DNA of 64,000 nucleotides from a virus: the IMG/VR virus record IMGVR_UViG_3300027733_000001, one strand, 5' to 3'. The translations under genes and the position numbers were made by a program. Numbering within the stretch: the first letter of the stretch is position 1; the number at the start of each line of letters is the position of its first letter. Below, piece after piece: positions 43,526-53,906 of the stretch. The notes beneath the pieces were generated by a model, which did not search any database, was not told the DNA's origin, and saw nothing but the letters and a program-made list of their open reading frames with translations.

Positions 43526-44248
43526 CTATGCTGTGAGGGAAGGTATTGTGAATGCTGTGGTAGGTGTTCCGGCAGCAAGTCCTATAGACAGTGATGTAGC
43601 ACTTGTAGGAGTAATTTTAATTACATCATTAGATACAAGATTGATGTTATTGGCTACAGGACCGACAAGGTTTATTTTACGAAGACCTTTAGCGGTGCGA
43701 CCGCTTATAGAGCCGCCTCCTACAGCGTTAAAAGTAATTGCATTTAAACCAGCTATTCTGGCTGTATTATAAAACATAGAGGTGTCTTCGTCGGTGCGGC
43801 CTAGCAACACATCACCATAGCTGCCGTCAAAAGTATACACAGCGTCTTTTTTAGGTATACTTCTTACAGTCTCCGTAGCAAAGGGTAAGTTAAAAGTTAC
43901 AGATCTACCTACAGCGGTACTCCAAAGATCTCCAGGGCCTGTTCCGAATGTGAGTGTACCTAGATATCGATTGGTGTCCGGTTGATATATTCTTAAATTT
44001 TGGTAAGCTTCACCCTTGATGTAGTCTGATTTAAGTAAATTTACAGCGCTGTGTGTTCCGTAGTCAAACACTATGGTTAACGTTAATCTATCAGAGTACA
44101 CAAACAAAGAGTTCAGTGTGGGTACAAAATTATCAAACTGTATAAACTTCGCATCCACCAACAGCGATAGGTAATCTGTTTCCTGACTTAGAGGATACCC
44201 AGACAATTCGTTTTCATTCTGCCACTCAAGAGGGTTATATGCTGACAT
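43526..44248 (-). CDS. tail-associated paralogue 4
   Basis: LEWQNENELSGYPL...INLVGPVANNINL. Confidence 0.75.
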   Translation of the reverse strand: MSAYNPLEWQNENELSGYPLSQETDYLSLLVDAKFIQFDNFVPTLNSLFVYSDRLTLTIVFDYGTHSAVNLLKSDYIKGEAYQNLRIYQPDTNRYLGTLTFGTGPGDLWSTAVGRSVTFNLPFATETVRSIPKKDAVYTFDGSYGDVLLGRTDEDTSMFYNTARIAGLNAITFNAVGGGSISGRTAKGLRKINLVGPVANNINLVSNDVIKITPTSATSLSIGLAAGTPTTAFTIPSLTA

Positions 44249-44251
44249 AGA

Positions 44252-45700
44252 TTAGTTGAGAGTATTCCAGTATGTTGTGTAGTATTCTGGTTTTACAAAC
44301 TGAGGCCAAAAGTAATACTCAGGACGCGTGGTGCTATAGTAGCTTCCGTCGGGCCTGGCTGGACGACCTGAGCATGCATCAGATCCTGTGGCGCCTAAGG
44401 CAGGCTTACTATAGTAGGTGTCTGGTGCCGCTGTATCTGTGAATCCGCAAATATCTGTAGGAGGTAATAGTTTATGTTTTTGAGTACACAAACTATCCAA
44501 AGATACTCCTGGTGTCTGTACATTAAGTGCTCCTGGTACGCCTGCAGGTTTTGAGGTACCTGGCGTAGTAGATATAATGTTTAGTGAAGTAGTTCCTTCT
44601 ACAGTGGATACTGTGCCTGACCATGTGGGTTCGTAGCCTAATACATCTAGCGGGTAATCACTAGAACCTATGCCTTGTGCTGGTGTTATAGTGTATGTGG
44701 AAGTATCTGTAACGTCTGTGATGTATGTATCTGCGGCTATACCTGGTCCAGTAATTAGATCGCCTGCAGCCAACGTACCTAACTCGGTTGAGTTGACGTA
44801 TAGGGTCTCTCCAGCCAGATAAGCTTTCCCCTGCCAAGCTAATCTAAACACCTTTGCAGGTATGTCTGTATTTGTGGTTTGAGCAATATTGACTTGCCAA
44901 AAATTTCCGTTACCTGACACTACAAACGTGTTTGGTTCTATACCTGCCCCCACAATCATGTATCCGGTTGTAATCGTTGCGGGAACACCATAAAAAACCA
45001 CAGGGCTCACCCCTACAATATAGATATTGCCGTCATTGCCTGGCAGGTTGTTTTCGCCACCTATAGGATATGGAGCTACTTCATTAATTGTTTTGATGAT
45101 TGGGTTTGGGCAGTTGTCTAAGTAGGTGGATTTGTCGGCAAGATTAAACACAGCTGCTGGATTGGATATTGTGAACTGTGTTGTTTTAGCGACAGTATTG
45201 CTTTTTTTGAGGTTAGTGAGTATTCCAAAGTTTACATCGCCTCGAAGTTCAGTATTTTTTTTATCTAAAATACTACTTACAGCTGGAGGGGTATAACAAA
45301 AAATAGTGCTTTCTTCTAATTCGGCAGAATCTTTCGTAAAGTGTAATGTATTGGTAATTGAAGCCAGTGCTACTGCGGATCCTACGGTTATACTCCCAGA
45401 TAAATTACGCACAAAAGGTATGAGCGGCAGTGTGGTAAAATCTGTAGTAACATCACCAAAAAACATACCAAGCACAGTGTCGTCAAATACTGAAGCTATT
45501 GTAATTCTAACAGCCCCGCCGTTATGATAGATTTGTCTGATGTATAGTCTATGTTTACCGTACAAGGTAGTAATTGTACAGTTTACTATCAGATCGTCGG
45601 GTACAACCGTGCTGTCGTCGGCCTGAAAAGGTAGCCCCTGCTTGACAGGATATTTCCTGAACTGGTTTTTATTCCTAAACTGTAGTGAAGTTATGGCCAT
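44252..45700 (-). CDS. tail-associated paralogue 3 with an inserted beta-rich domain
   Basis: LQFRNKNQFRKYP...INEVAP...DGNIYI. Confidence 0.75.
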   Translation of the reverse strand: MAITSLQFRNKNQFRKYPVKQGLPFQADDSTVVPDDLIVNCTITTLYGKHRLYIRQIYHNGGAVRITIASVFDDTVLGMFFGDVTTDFTTLPLIPFVRNLSGSITVGSAVALASITNTLHFTKDSAELEESTIFCYTPPAVSSILDKKNTELRGDVNFGILTNLKKSNTVAKTTQFTISNPAAVFNLADKSTYLDNCPNPIIKTINEVAPYPIGGENNLPGNDGNIYIVGVSPVVFYGVPATITTGYMIVGAGIEPNTFVVSGNGNFWQVNIAQTTNTDIPAKVFRLAWQGKAYLAGETLYVNSTELGTLAAGDLITGPGIAADTYITDVTDTSTYTITPAQGIGSSDYPLDVLGYEPTWSGTVSTVEGTTSLNIISTTPGTSKPAGVPGALNVQTPGVSLDSLCTQKHKLLPPTDICGFTDTAAPDTYYSKPALGATGSDACSGRPARPDGSYYSTTRPEYYFWPQFVKPEYYTTYWNTLN

Positions 45701-45731
45701 AAGTAATTATTTTTGATGATGTCGTAATTCA

Positions 45732-48700
45732 TTACTTAGCTACTACAGTCATTGTGGATGACGTCGCACCTTTGGGTGCTGCGGAGAAGCCTGTCACCGC
45801 TCTTATCTTTACAGTATAGCTTGTGTTTGTGACCAAAGCTGCTCCAGCAGAAGTTTTATTTATTACTATAGGGCTGCTTGCATTAAGGACACCGACACCA
45901 AAATCACTTCTAGCCACCCATGCATCAGCCGCTGTAGATGGTGTGACTGCGCTGTACTCATAATTAACTACACTAAATCCTCCAGTGTATGTTGGAGGGG
46001 AAAAGGTTACGATTATACTTTTCGCTAATGTCGCCGTGATTGTGGTTGCGGCTACTGTCTTAGTCACAGACACTGTATATGTCCCGCGATTACCTGCCGC
46101 ATAACCTGCAGCTATACTTAGCTGGTTCACTATAGTAGTACCTGTGGCTACATTTGTACCTGTCAGTGCTTCACCTACAACAATTACACCACTAGTCACA
46201 TTTGTTACCGTCAATATATTGCCAGCGATAGCTCCGGTAAAAGTTGCTCCTGTGTAAGCTACGGGTGAAACTACTGCACCTGCTTGAGCTCCTGGAGCAA
46301 CACCTACCGATGTTTCGCCGGGGCCTGGGCCTGCGGTGTTAGTTCCTCTAAGACTTATGTCATAGCTTGTACCGTTGATAAAAGTTGCTGCTCCTGAAGT
46401 TTTGCCTGATACAGCATCATATAGATATGTTTGTGTGATTATATTATTAGCAGGCAAAATAGACCATATACCTGACGAGTCTACAGAGTATTGGTATTGC
46501 GTTACAGCAGGTGAGCCTGTAGTTTGTTTGATGTTTGAAAATGTGAACTGCGTATTTCCTGGCGTCAAAGTATAGCTAGGTAGCGTAGGTCTTGGTGCAG
46601 GAATGGCGCCGGCCGGAGCATCTGCCCATGCACCTATACCTATTGCATTCTGCGCAGCGATTCGGACGTAGTAAGTTGTCCCGTTAGTTAATCCTGTTAT
46701 GACTGAATTGTTCGGTAGCGTCACAACTCCAGCAAGAAAACTACCTGCCACGGTAGAGATCATGTAGAAATACGCACCTATAGGGTAACCTCCATTATTT
46801 GCAGGATCGGTATAAGATACGATTATACTCTTATCTGCAACAGCAAGACTTACATTTTGAGGAGCTGAAGGTACTGTACCAGGTATAGATCTGTAGCTAT
46901 TTGATGGTGCGCCAGGCCCCACAGCAGTCACTAAACGCACCCTCACAGAGTAAGATTTACCATTAACTAGGATAGGTCCGGTAGTACTGATTTTACGTAC
47001 AGTATTGTTCCATTTTTCTAAAACAAACAAATTATTTGCTAGTGTTCCTGAACCTAGAACCATGCTCGTAGGTCCGTTAAATAGTGCAGAGCTGCCCGAG
47101 CCATCATCCGACCCAGGGGCCCCAGCAACACCACAAAGTGTAGTTACTGTACCTACCAAAGTACCTGAGATGTATATTTTTCTAATTGTATTATTCCCAT
47201 AATCTGCAACATATATAGCTGACGCATCTCCAGCTACTGCCATAGGCTGATTAAACGTGGCTGTAAGCGGGTCAGGGGTGGTGGCCGGAAGGATCGGCGG
47301 CGATAATGTGGTGTCGGCAGATCCGGCTGCATTGGTTGGTGAGCCTGCATAGCCATTTGCATTAAAAGATCTACCTACAGTGTAGAGTAGTTTGCGTATC
47401 TTGTTATTACCTGTATCTGCGACATATAGAAATGGCGGGACCATATGTACGCCTCTGGGAGAAGAAAATGATACGTCTGTATTTACGGTAGTGCTTTCTG
47501 CGCTTCCTGCTGCCCCTGTACTACTCCCTGAAAGGAGCGCAGCGAATCCAGTAGTACCTACTTTACGTATTTGATTGTTGCCTGTATCTGCTAGGTATAT
47601 TATGCCACCATAATAGTGCATGCCTGTGGGGCTATTATATAGCGCAACTGTATTTGCTCCATTGGTCATGCCTGCTACACCGGCCTTGCCGGATAACGTC
47701 ACAACTGTACCAGCCAACGTACCTGACAAAGTTATTCTCCTGATTGTATGGTTGCCTGTATCTGCCACGAACAACATAGTTACTCCGTCTGTACATATCC
47801 CTTGCGGAGAATTAAACCTGGCTGCGGCGCCTACACCGTCAGTTGTGCCGGACACACCCACAGTTCCTGCAAACGTAGTTACAACACCTGTAGATGATAT
47901 TTTTCTAATGACATGATTGGCTGTATCTGCAATATAAAAATTGTTTGTATTGTCTTTGGTTATAGCTGTAGGGAGATTGTATGTAGCTAGCGTGGTACCA
48001 TTGATGCTGCCTGTCACCGTGGGACGCCCAGAATATAGCAATGTTTGTCCTCCATACGTCTCATTGAATATTATTTTTGCCCAGTTTGTGTCGACCGCTC
48101 CGGGACCTAGTAGTACTGCTGACCATTGTTCATGATTATCAACATCATATTCATATCTATTAACTGCAGATGCGAGTGTGCCTGTAGGTAGTGTTATGTT
48201 GGTTAGTCCCAACTGCGCACTAGCTGGAGTGATTGTGACTATGGTGGGAGCAGCTGCAGGTTTTTGGGGCGTGGCAGAAACACCTCCGCTGGCGGTTCCC
48301 GCTAGTTGCGTACCTCCACTTAACGTAACTGCACGCACATATACTGTGTAGGTTGTACCATTAGCTAATTGAGGGTTACCTGCAGATGTCTGCGATGATA
48401 TGCTGTAGCTAGGGGCAGGTACAGGCAACCAGTTAACTTTATTATCTGTACTATAATCGTATCTTAAAAACGATCCCCCACCTAACGATACACCTGTGAT
48501 ACTTAAATTAAGACTGGCATCACTTGGACGCACAGCTAATACCGGTGCGGAAGCGATGGATATTGGTATGCCTGCCGTTGAGGTTACGGCCCCTGAGGCA
48601 TTAGCGGTACTTACTGCCCGCACAGACACATTGTAAAATGTTCCGTTTGTTAATCCTGTAATAGTATAGCTGTATGGTGTATACTGACCTACAGGTGTAC

Positions 48701-51700
48701 CTGCTGTAGGTGTGAAAGCGACCCAGCCATTATTGTTATAGTTGTATTCAAATTTGCTTATGTATGGGATATTTGAAGTTAATACATTAAAAGACAATTT
48801 AAGTGTTGTATTGCCTGTGGTGAGTGCTAGGTTTGAAACAGCTGGCAATAGTCCTACATACGTGGCTGTAAAATCTGCAGTGGTGTTTAATGAGGAGCCG
48901 GCAAGCAGTTTGTAGCTCGGAGAGAATACATACGTAGTAGATAGCGGGGTTATAGTAGTTGCTGCGGAAGAAATTGTAAGTGAGTAATTACCTGAGCCGT
49001 CTGTGTTAGCTGTACTTATTCCGTCGGTGACCGAAATGTTAGGTACCGCTGCAGGAGCTGCAGTAGTTATGCGTCCTGTGACTTGCCTAAACCCTGTAGT
49101 GCCGGTGAAATCAACTACAACATCCGCTACAGATACACTGAAGGTTTTTGGAGAGCCTGCAAAAAAGTATCCTGTCTTAGCTGCAGATATTTTATAGGCT
49201 GTACCGGTTATAAGTCCTGTAATCGTATATTTGCCAGCGATGTCTGTGTTCACAGATTTGTTATCTAAACTTACTGTTACACCGGCTATAGCTGCGGACG
49301 TACCGCTATCTTTAATAGTGCCGCTCACTGAGTAGGTTTTAGTTACTACGTTGAGTATTATATAGCGCGTTGTGGTTCCTTTTGAGGCTGACGTAGAAGT
49401 CAATAAACAGGTAGTTGAACCTATGACTGATGGGGTGCCTGTAATTGTTTGGGTCAACCCTGTCCCCACTGCTGAGGAAGCAGTTGCATTATTTAACGTT
49501 AAACCTATAGGTAAGGCTGAGGCTGTAATTGAATTAACTGGGCGTATCTCACCTATAACGCCGCAAACACCAACAGCTATAGGGGAAATTGGGGTATTGA
49601 CCGTCAGCGAATACACTGATGAATTGGCTGGCTTGGTAAACGTATACAATACTTCAAAAACGCAAGTAGCGGGAGGCCCAGCTCCAGGTGACCCATATGT
49701 GGTCGTGGGCCTATAGTTATAGCCTGTTATTGTGGTAGTGTAATCTCCAGCTACTGCAGTTGAGCTGAGCACTGTCCCAATTATACTTCCAGAGGTTGTT
49801 ATGGTCAGCCCTGGAGGTAGTGTGTGAGTAGGTAAGCCTGACGCAGTATCCAAGAAAAAAATTGGACCGTTTGTGGCTGTTAACTTATATAACGGATTAA
49901 CCGTATCATATACTCTGTCCTTTATGACCGTTAATTTTGAAGGTAAATTAGTTATTATCGGAGTGTCTATGGTACTAAACGTAACCAATACATCTATTAC
50001 AGCGTACCCTATTGTGTTACTGACGGATAACTGTATCGTATACTTTACAACGGAAGCTACTGAATTGTAGTTTGCAGGATAAGCCGAAGAAAGCAGTTTG
50101 CCGTAGAATTTTCCGGAAGCTGTATCTAATGTAAATCCTGGAGGCAAAACTGAGGAACTGTAAGTTAATGTGCCTCCTCCTGTAGCCGTGGCTGTAAATA
50201 ATGGAGACGCCTCTGGGTAATCTGAATAGATGCTGGCTGTAAATTGTGCAGGAGCTACTGGAGTTATAAATGTGGGTGGCGTAAGTATCGTGGGATAACT
50301 GATCGTGAAAGTTACCGAATTGGACGCACCATACCCGTTAGCTGCAATCACCGAGATAGTTTTTTCTCCAGCCTGCTGCTCAGTTAATTTACCTGATATT
50401 GCGCCTGTAGCTTCATTGAATCTGAGGCCTGTAGGTAATACACCTTCAATCAGTGTGTATTTAAATATCGGCGGGTTTGTAGCTACAAGCGGAACTATGT
50501 TTGCGTATATCGTAGCATTATCTATTTCGTATGTAGTTTGCTCAGGATTAGCTAGAGCTAGCTCTGGAGCAATATCGGACACAATATGTAAAAATACCGT
50601 AGCTACATCTGTACCTGCAGGGTTCGTAGCAAAAATATTGAGTTGGTATGTGCTACCTTTGGGTAGTGTTGGATTTAACGTGCCGTATACTTTACCGTTA
50701 GTTGTATCTACATTGAGGCCTAGTGCTTCATACAATGGGACTGGGGAAGTATCCCCAACTGTCACATTGTAGGTGTAATCCGTTTGCTTAGTTAGACTAG
50801 ACAGAGCCACCATGTTATTTGCGGCAATGGTGAACAATGAGGCGGTAGAAGTGTATATGTCGGTCAGTTTTATAGATAAAGGTGTATTTGCTGTATATAC
50901 TGATGGTGCAGCTATTACAGGCTTAGCCACAAAGTCTATAAAAATCTGATAGTATACATAGGCCCCTAAAGAATCAGTCACTTTATAGCTCAACGTATAC
51001 AGAGCACTATTGATTGCTGCAGCTAAAGGTACTGCACTTGTCGTGAGACGTACCGCTTTTCTATCTGGAGGGTCCACGACGACGTAGTTATTGTTATACA
51101 GCAACCAGTCAGGAGCATTGCCTACCAACGAGGGACCTGCAGTATTTTCAATAGGTAGCAACTCTACACCTTCAAACAAGCTGCCGTATTCGTCAGTAGT
51201 TTGCTTTATCAGGTATGTGTGAAGCACATCCGGTGTAGCCGGTGTACACTCTGCCCCTGTAATGTTAAATATATTGTAAGGACCGCCAAGCAAAACGGGC
51301 GAGGCGGCATCTGTTATGTCAGAGACCGCTATGCTCAGTGTGCCTCCTGTTACACCGCAACCTATAGAATATATGGCTTCGACATAGGCATGACCATGGC
51401 AGGCTAGTTTTGTTTCTATATAAGCGGGGGCAACCAGACTTGTAGTTATCCCACCATTACGTACTTTAACGTAGCCCAGCAATGACAGCTTTGAGGAAGG
51501 TGTGAATACAACCTTTAGATTGGGCAATGTCGTGGATGGGTTGTATAGTATGACAGCTACAGCTAATAAAGACAATGGTACACCTGTAGCTGAATAGCTA
51601 TCACTCGTGGCGTATTTCACCTCAAAATATGGTTTTGTTCTGGCTACATAATTTGAGTTATACGACAGAGCTGCGCAATTTAAATTACTGATGACGCCAT

Positions 51701-52988
51701 TGTCATTAACTTTAAAAAACAACTTATCTGCTGCGGGAATGACTGGTAGCGGTGTGCCTGCTGCGACCTGCACGGTATTAGTATCGATAACTCTAGCTAT
51801 GGTATAGCTTTGAATATCTGTTTCAGATATATGCAACTGAAGTGTCCGACCTTCATGATAATTTTTTAGAAACCCATTGTTTACTGTGATTATACCGAAA
51901 CAGCGAGAAAATGGGTTGAGCGCGTCGTCAACCCCAAAATCTCCTTCATCCACATGAAAAATATACGAGCCTTCTGTGTCTGCGCTATAGCCCTTGCCGC
52001 GTGTTTCTGTACTGGAGGTCACTATCTTATCTAAGTCTGCAGCACCATCAGTTACCCTGTTTAAATAGTGCGCAAAAGCATTCATTGTCTCAGGCGAACA
52101 CTTAGGCTTGCAGTAATTCTTGAATACCAATGAATGGTCTATCTCAACCACATCACGCATTGTTATCTGCGTAGGAGAGTCATGCACAGCGAACGAATAG
52201 TAGTCATCTAATTGATGCGCTGCAGTTAGCGAATCTTTTAAAGCTAACGTGAGAGGCTCTACTGCGTAGCAAGTAGATGGGTTTAAAAATAAAGAGCCTG
52301 ACGCATTGGGCCTTACCGAGTTTATTGTATAGACTGAGGGGTCTTTTTCAGGACAATCGTTATACAGCCCTGCACCGGCGCCAGCAATCACAGAAAGCCC
52401 AACATAATTACTGGCTTCCTGTTTAAACGAGATGTTATGCATCAGTTGCAGCTTCGAGGGAGCCGTTGAGTCTGGGTATATAGTGGCTACAGGGTATATT
52501 GTGTAGTCACCGTTACTATCCTTTTCCCCTGAGTATGCGTTAAAGCTAACACTAGTTACTCTAGGAGTAGATAAGATGAAAGCTGCGTTAGCTAGTTCTG
52601 TTTCAGCTTTAGTGTATGTAGCTGAGAAATTGGGAGCGGAAGGCAATCCGGGACCTAGAACAACTTTAACTGCGTATGAGCCGCTGACACCTCCTGACGC
52701 AAAACAGACATTTTTATTGCTGTGATGGTTGATGATATCTGTCGCAGCTATAAATACCGAAGCTGCAGGAGCGGAGGTTTCGCTGTCAGCAAAAATTATC
52801 TGCAGTCCTCCAACATATTTTGATATACTGGAAATATAAACGCTTCGTAGTGTAGGAGAATACGATACGAATATGATGTCGTAGAACCAGCTATCGTCAA
52901 TAGGGTACGGATTGGAGAGGCCCGCCTTTCTAGATTTAAAGGGGTGCGCAATAAGACTATTAGCTGTCAAATACTCCAAAACTGCCAT
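45732..52988 (-). CDS. 2418-aa tail fibre/adhesin (paralogue module, Ig-like repeats, FN3, NHL propeller, FN3)
   Basis: LEYLTANSLIAHPF N-terminus; LPxGLxxxxxTGxIxG Ig repeats; YxVxVRAV FN3 repeats; YxADTGNxxIRK NHL repeats at about 47000-47990. Confidence 0.85.
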   Translation of the reverse strand: MAVLEYLTANSLIAHPFKSRKAGLSNPYPIDDSWFYDIIFVSYSPTLRSVYISSISKYVGGLQIIFADSETSAPAASVFIAATDIINHHSNKNVCFASGGVSGSYAVKVVLGPGLPSAPNFSATYTKAETELANAAFILSTPRVTSVSFNAYSGEKDSNGDYTIYPVATIYPDSTAPSKLQLMHNISFKQEASNYVGLSVIAGAGAGLYNDCPEKDPSVYTINSVRPNASGSLFLNPSTCYAVEPLTLALKDSLTAAHQLDDYYSFAVHDSPTQITMRDVVEIDHSLVFKNYCKPKCSPETMNAFAHYLNRVTDGAADLDKIVTSSTETRGKGYSADTEGSYIFHVDEGDFGVDDALNPFSRCFGIITVNNGFLKNYHEGRTLQLHISETDIQSYTIARVIDTNTVQVAAGTPLPVIPAADKLFFKVNDNGVISNLNCAALSYNSNYVARTKPYFEVKYATSDSYSATGVPLSLLAVAVILYNPSTTLPNLKVVFTPSSKLSLLGYVKVRNGGITTSLVAPAYIETKLACHGHAYVEAIYSIGCGVTGGTLSIAVSDITDAASPVLLGGPYNIFNITGAECTPATPDVLHTYLIKQTTDEYGSLFEGVELLPIENTAGPSLVGNAPDWLLYNNNYVVVDPPDRKAVRLTTSAVPLAAAINSALYTLSYKVTDSLGAYVYYQIFIDFVAKPVIAAPSVYTANTPLSIKLTDIYTSTASLFTIAANNMVALSSLTKQTDYTYNVTVGDTSPVPLYEALGLNVDTTNGKVYGTLNPTLPKGSTYQLNIFATNPAGTDVATVFLHIVSDIAPELALANPEQTTYEIDNATIYANIVPLVATNPPIFKYTLIEGVLPTGLRFNEATGAISGKLTEQQAGEKTISVIAANGYGASNSVTFTISYPTILTPPTFITPVAPAQFTASIYSDYPEASPLFTATATGGGTLTYSSSVLPPGFTLDTASGKFYGKLLSSAYPANYNSVASVVKYTIQLSVSNTIGYAVIDVLVTFSTIDTPIITNLPSKLTVIKDRVYDTVNPLYKLTATNGPIFFLDTASGLPTHTLPPGLTITTSGSIIGTVLSSTAVAGDYTTTITGYNYRPTTTYGSPGAGPPATCVFEVLYTFTKPANSSVYSLTVNTPISPIAVGVCGVIGEIRPVNSITASALPIGLTLNNATASSAVGTGLTQTITGTPSVIGSTTCLLTSTSASKGTTTRYIILNVVTKTYSVSGTIKDSGTSAAIAGVTVSLDNKSVNTDIAGKYTITGLITGTAYKISAAKTGYFFAGSPKTFSVSVADVVVDFTGTTGFRQVTGRITTAAPAAVPNISVTDGISTANTDGSGNYSLTISSAATTITPLSTTYVFSPSYKLLAGSSLNTTADFTATYVGLLPAVSNLALTTGNTTLKLSFNVLTSNIPYISKFEYNYNNNGWVAFTPTAGTPVGQYTPYSYTITGLTNGTFYNVSVRAVSTANASGAVTSTAGIPISIASAPVLAVRPSDASLNLSITGVSLGGGSFLRYDYSTDNKVNWLPVPAPSYSISSQTSAGNPQLANGTTYTVYVRAVTLSGGTQLAGTASGGVSATPQKPAAAPTIVTITPASAQLGLTNITLPTGTLASAVNRYEYDVDNHEQWSAVLLGPGAVDTNWAKIIFNETYGGQTLLYSGRPTVTGSINGTTLATYNLPTAITKDNTNNFYIADTANHVIRKISSTGVVTTFAGTVGVSGTTDGVGAAARFNSPQGICTDGVTMLFVADTGNHTIRRITLSGTLAGTVVTLSGKAGVAGMTNGANTVALYNSPTGMHYYGGIIYLADTGNNQIRKVGTTGFAALLSGSSTGAAGSAESTTVNTDVSFSSPRGVHMVPPFLYVADTGNNKIRKLLYTVGRSFNANGYAGSPTNAAGSADTTLSPPILPATTPDPLTATFNQPMAVAGDASAIYVADYGNNTIRKIYISGTLVGTVTTLCGVAGAPGSDDGSGSSALFNGPTSMVLGSGTLANNLFVLEKWNNTVRKISTTGPILVNGKSYSVRVRLVTAVGPGAPSNSYRSIPGTVPSAPQNVSLAVADKSIIVSYTDPANNGGYPIGAYFYMISTVAGSFLAGVVTLPNNSVITGLTNGTTYYVRIAAQNAIGIGAWADAPAGAIPAPRPTLPSYTLTPGNTQFTFSNIKQTTGSPAVTQYQYSVDSSGIWSILPANNIITQTYLYDAVSGKTSGAATFINGTSYDISLRGTNTAGPGPGETSVGVAPGAQAGAVVSPVAYTGATFTGAIAGNILTVTNVTSGVIVVGEALTGTNVATGTTIVNQLSIAAGYAAGNRGTYTVSVTKTVAATTITATLAKSIIVTFSPPTYTGGFSVVNYEYSAVTPSTAADAWVARSDFGVGVLNASSPIVINKTSAGAALVTNTSYTVKIRAVTGFSAAPKGATSSTMTVVAK

Positions 52989-53012
52989 ATCACGTTATTG
53001 TAGCAGTTAACC

Positions 53013-53900
53013 CTAGCAGGCGCAATTGGAGTTTACCGTAGTTAGGTATGTAGATAGCTGCAAATTTGTGTTTGAGTAGCTGGTCTTCAAATCTAAAAAT
53101 TTATTTTCAAGAGACGTAAGTCTAGTAGTTAAAGTCTCAAGATCCGAGCACCCTGAGCACGGCGTACAGCAGGTGTCTGTAATATCCAGCGTATACTGCA
53201 CACTGTTTGAAATTTTCATACAGTCTATCCCCAGCAAATTAATGTTGCCTTCAGAGTCAGGCAGCACGCCATTAATACTTTGAATCGGGACGTAGCTTGT
53301 ACATTTTTTGTTGAGACCTAGATTGTCGCCGGCATCAAGAATAACTGAAGGCGTTCCTGATGTATATGAAAAGCGTAGATTGTTCCTGGAAGTTAATGTG
53401 ACTGCACCTGTCATGGAGTATTCCCCATTCGTGGAGTCTACAAATACAAACCTAGAAAGACCTACCATTCCAGGGATAATTGTTCTAGGCTCAAATTCTG
53501 TAGATGTGTTTTCAAAAATGAATAAACCTACAGGCTGTGTAACCAAATCATTCAAAGTACCTATAGTTATTTTGCCGTTCGCTCCTGCGTAGCTAGCTGT
53601 GGGTGTAAGGTAATAGTCTTGATCTTCAGTATGTGTCGATTTTTCAATATTTATAGCCCCTACTACAGCAGCATTGTCGTATTTACTTATCTCGATATTG
53701 ACCGAAGACAGTTTATTAAATATTTTAGATATGTAGAACCTGTCTGTGACTGTGCTGGTGGCACACAGTGTAAAGTCAACAATTAAGGTGTCAGGTATGT
53801 TGAAAAGCCCGTCTGTGCTGGTGGCGCTTGTACCCTCTCGTAATGGATACCTACGAAGGCTGTTTAAACTCGACCAATCTAAACTATCGATCCACGGCAT
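53013..53900 (-). CDS. tail-associated paralogue 1
   Basis: LDWSSLNSLRRYPL...INGVLPDSEGNINL; Cys-rich region and coiled-coil tail. Confidence 0.75.
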   Translation of the reverse strand: MPWIDSLDWSSLNSLRRYPLREGTSATSTDGLFNIPDTLIVDFTLCATSTVTDRFYISKIFNKLSSVNIEISKYDNAAVVGAINIEKSTHTEDQDYYLTPTASYAGANGKITIGTLNDLVTQPVGLFIFENTSTEFEPRTIIPGMVGLSRFVFVDSTNGEYSMTGAVTLTSRNNLRFSYTSGTPSVILDAGDNLGLNKKCTSYVPIQSINGVLPDSEGNINLLGIDCMKISNSVQYTLDITDTCCTPCSGCSDLETLTTRLTSLENKFLDLKTSYSNTNLQLSTYLTTVNSNCAC

Positions 53901-53906
53901 AAAAAA

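Noticed and set aside
46375-51407. Numerous plus-strand ORFs opposite the giant fibre gene
   Set aside because: They are antisense shadows caused by the Thr/Ala/Gly-rich codon bias of the minus-strand gene.
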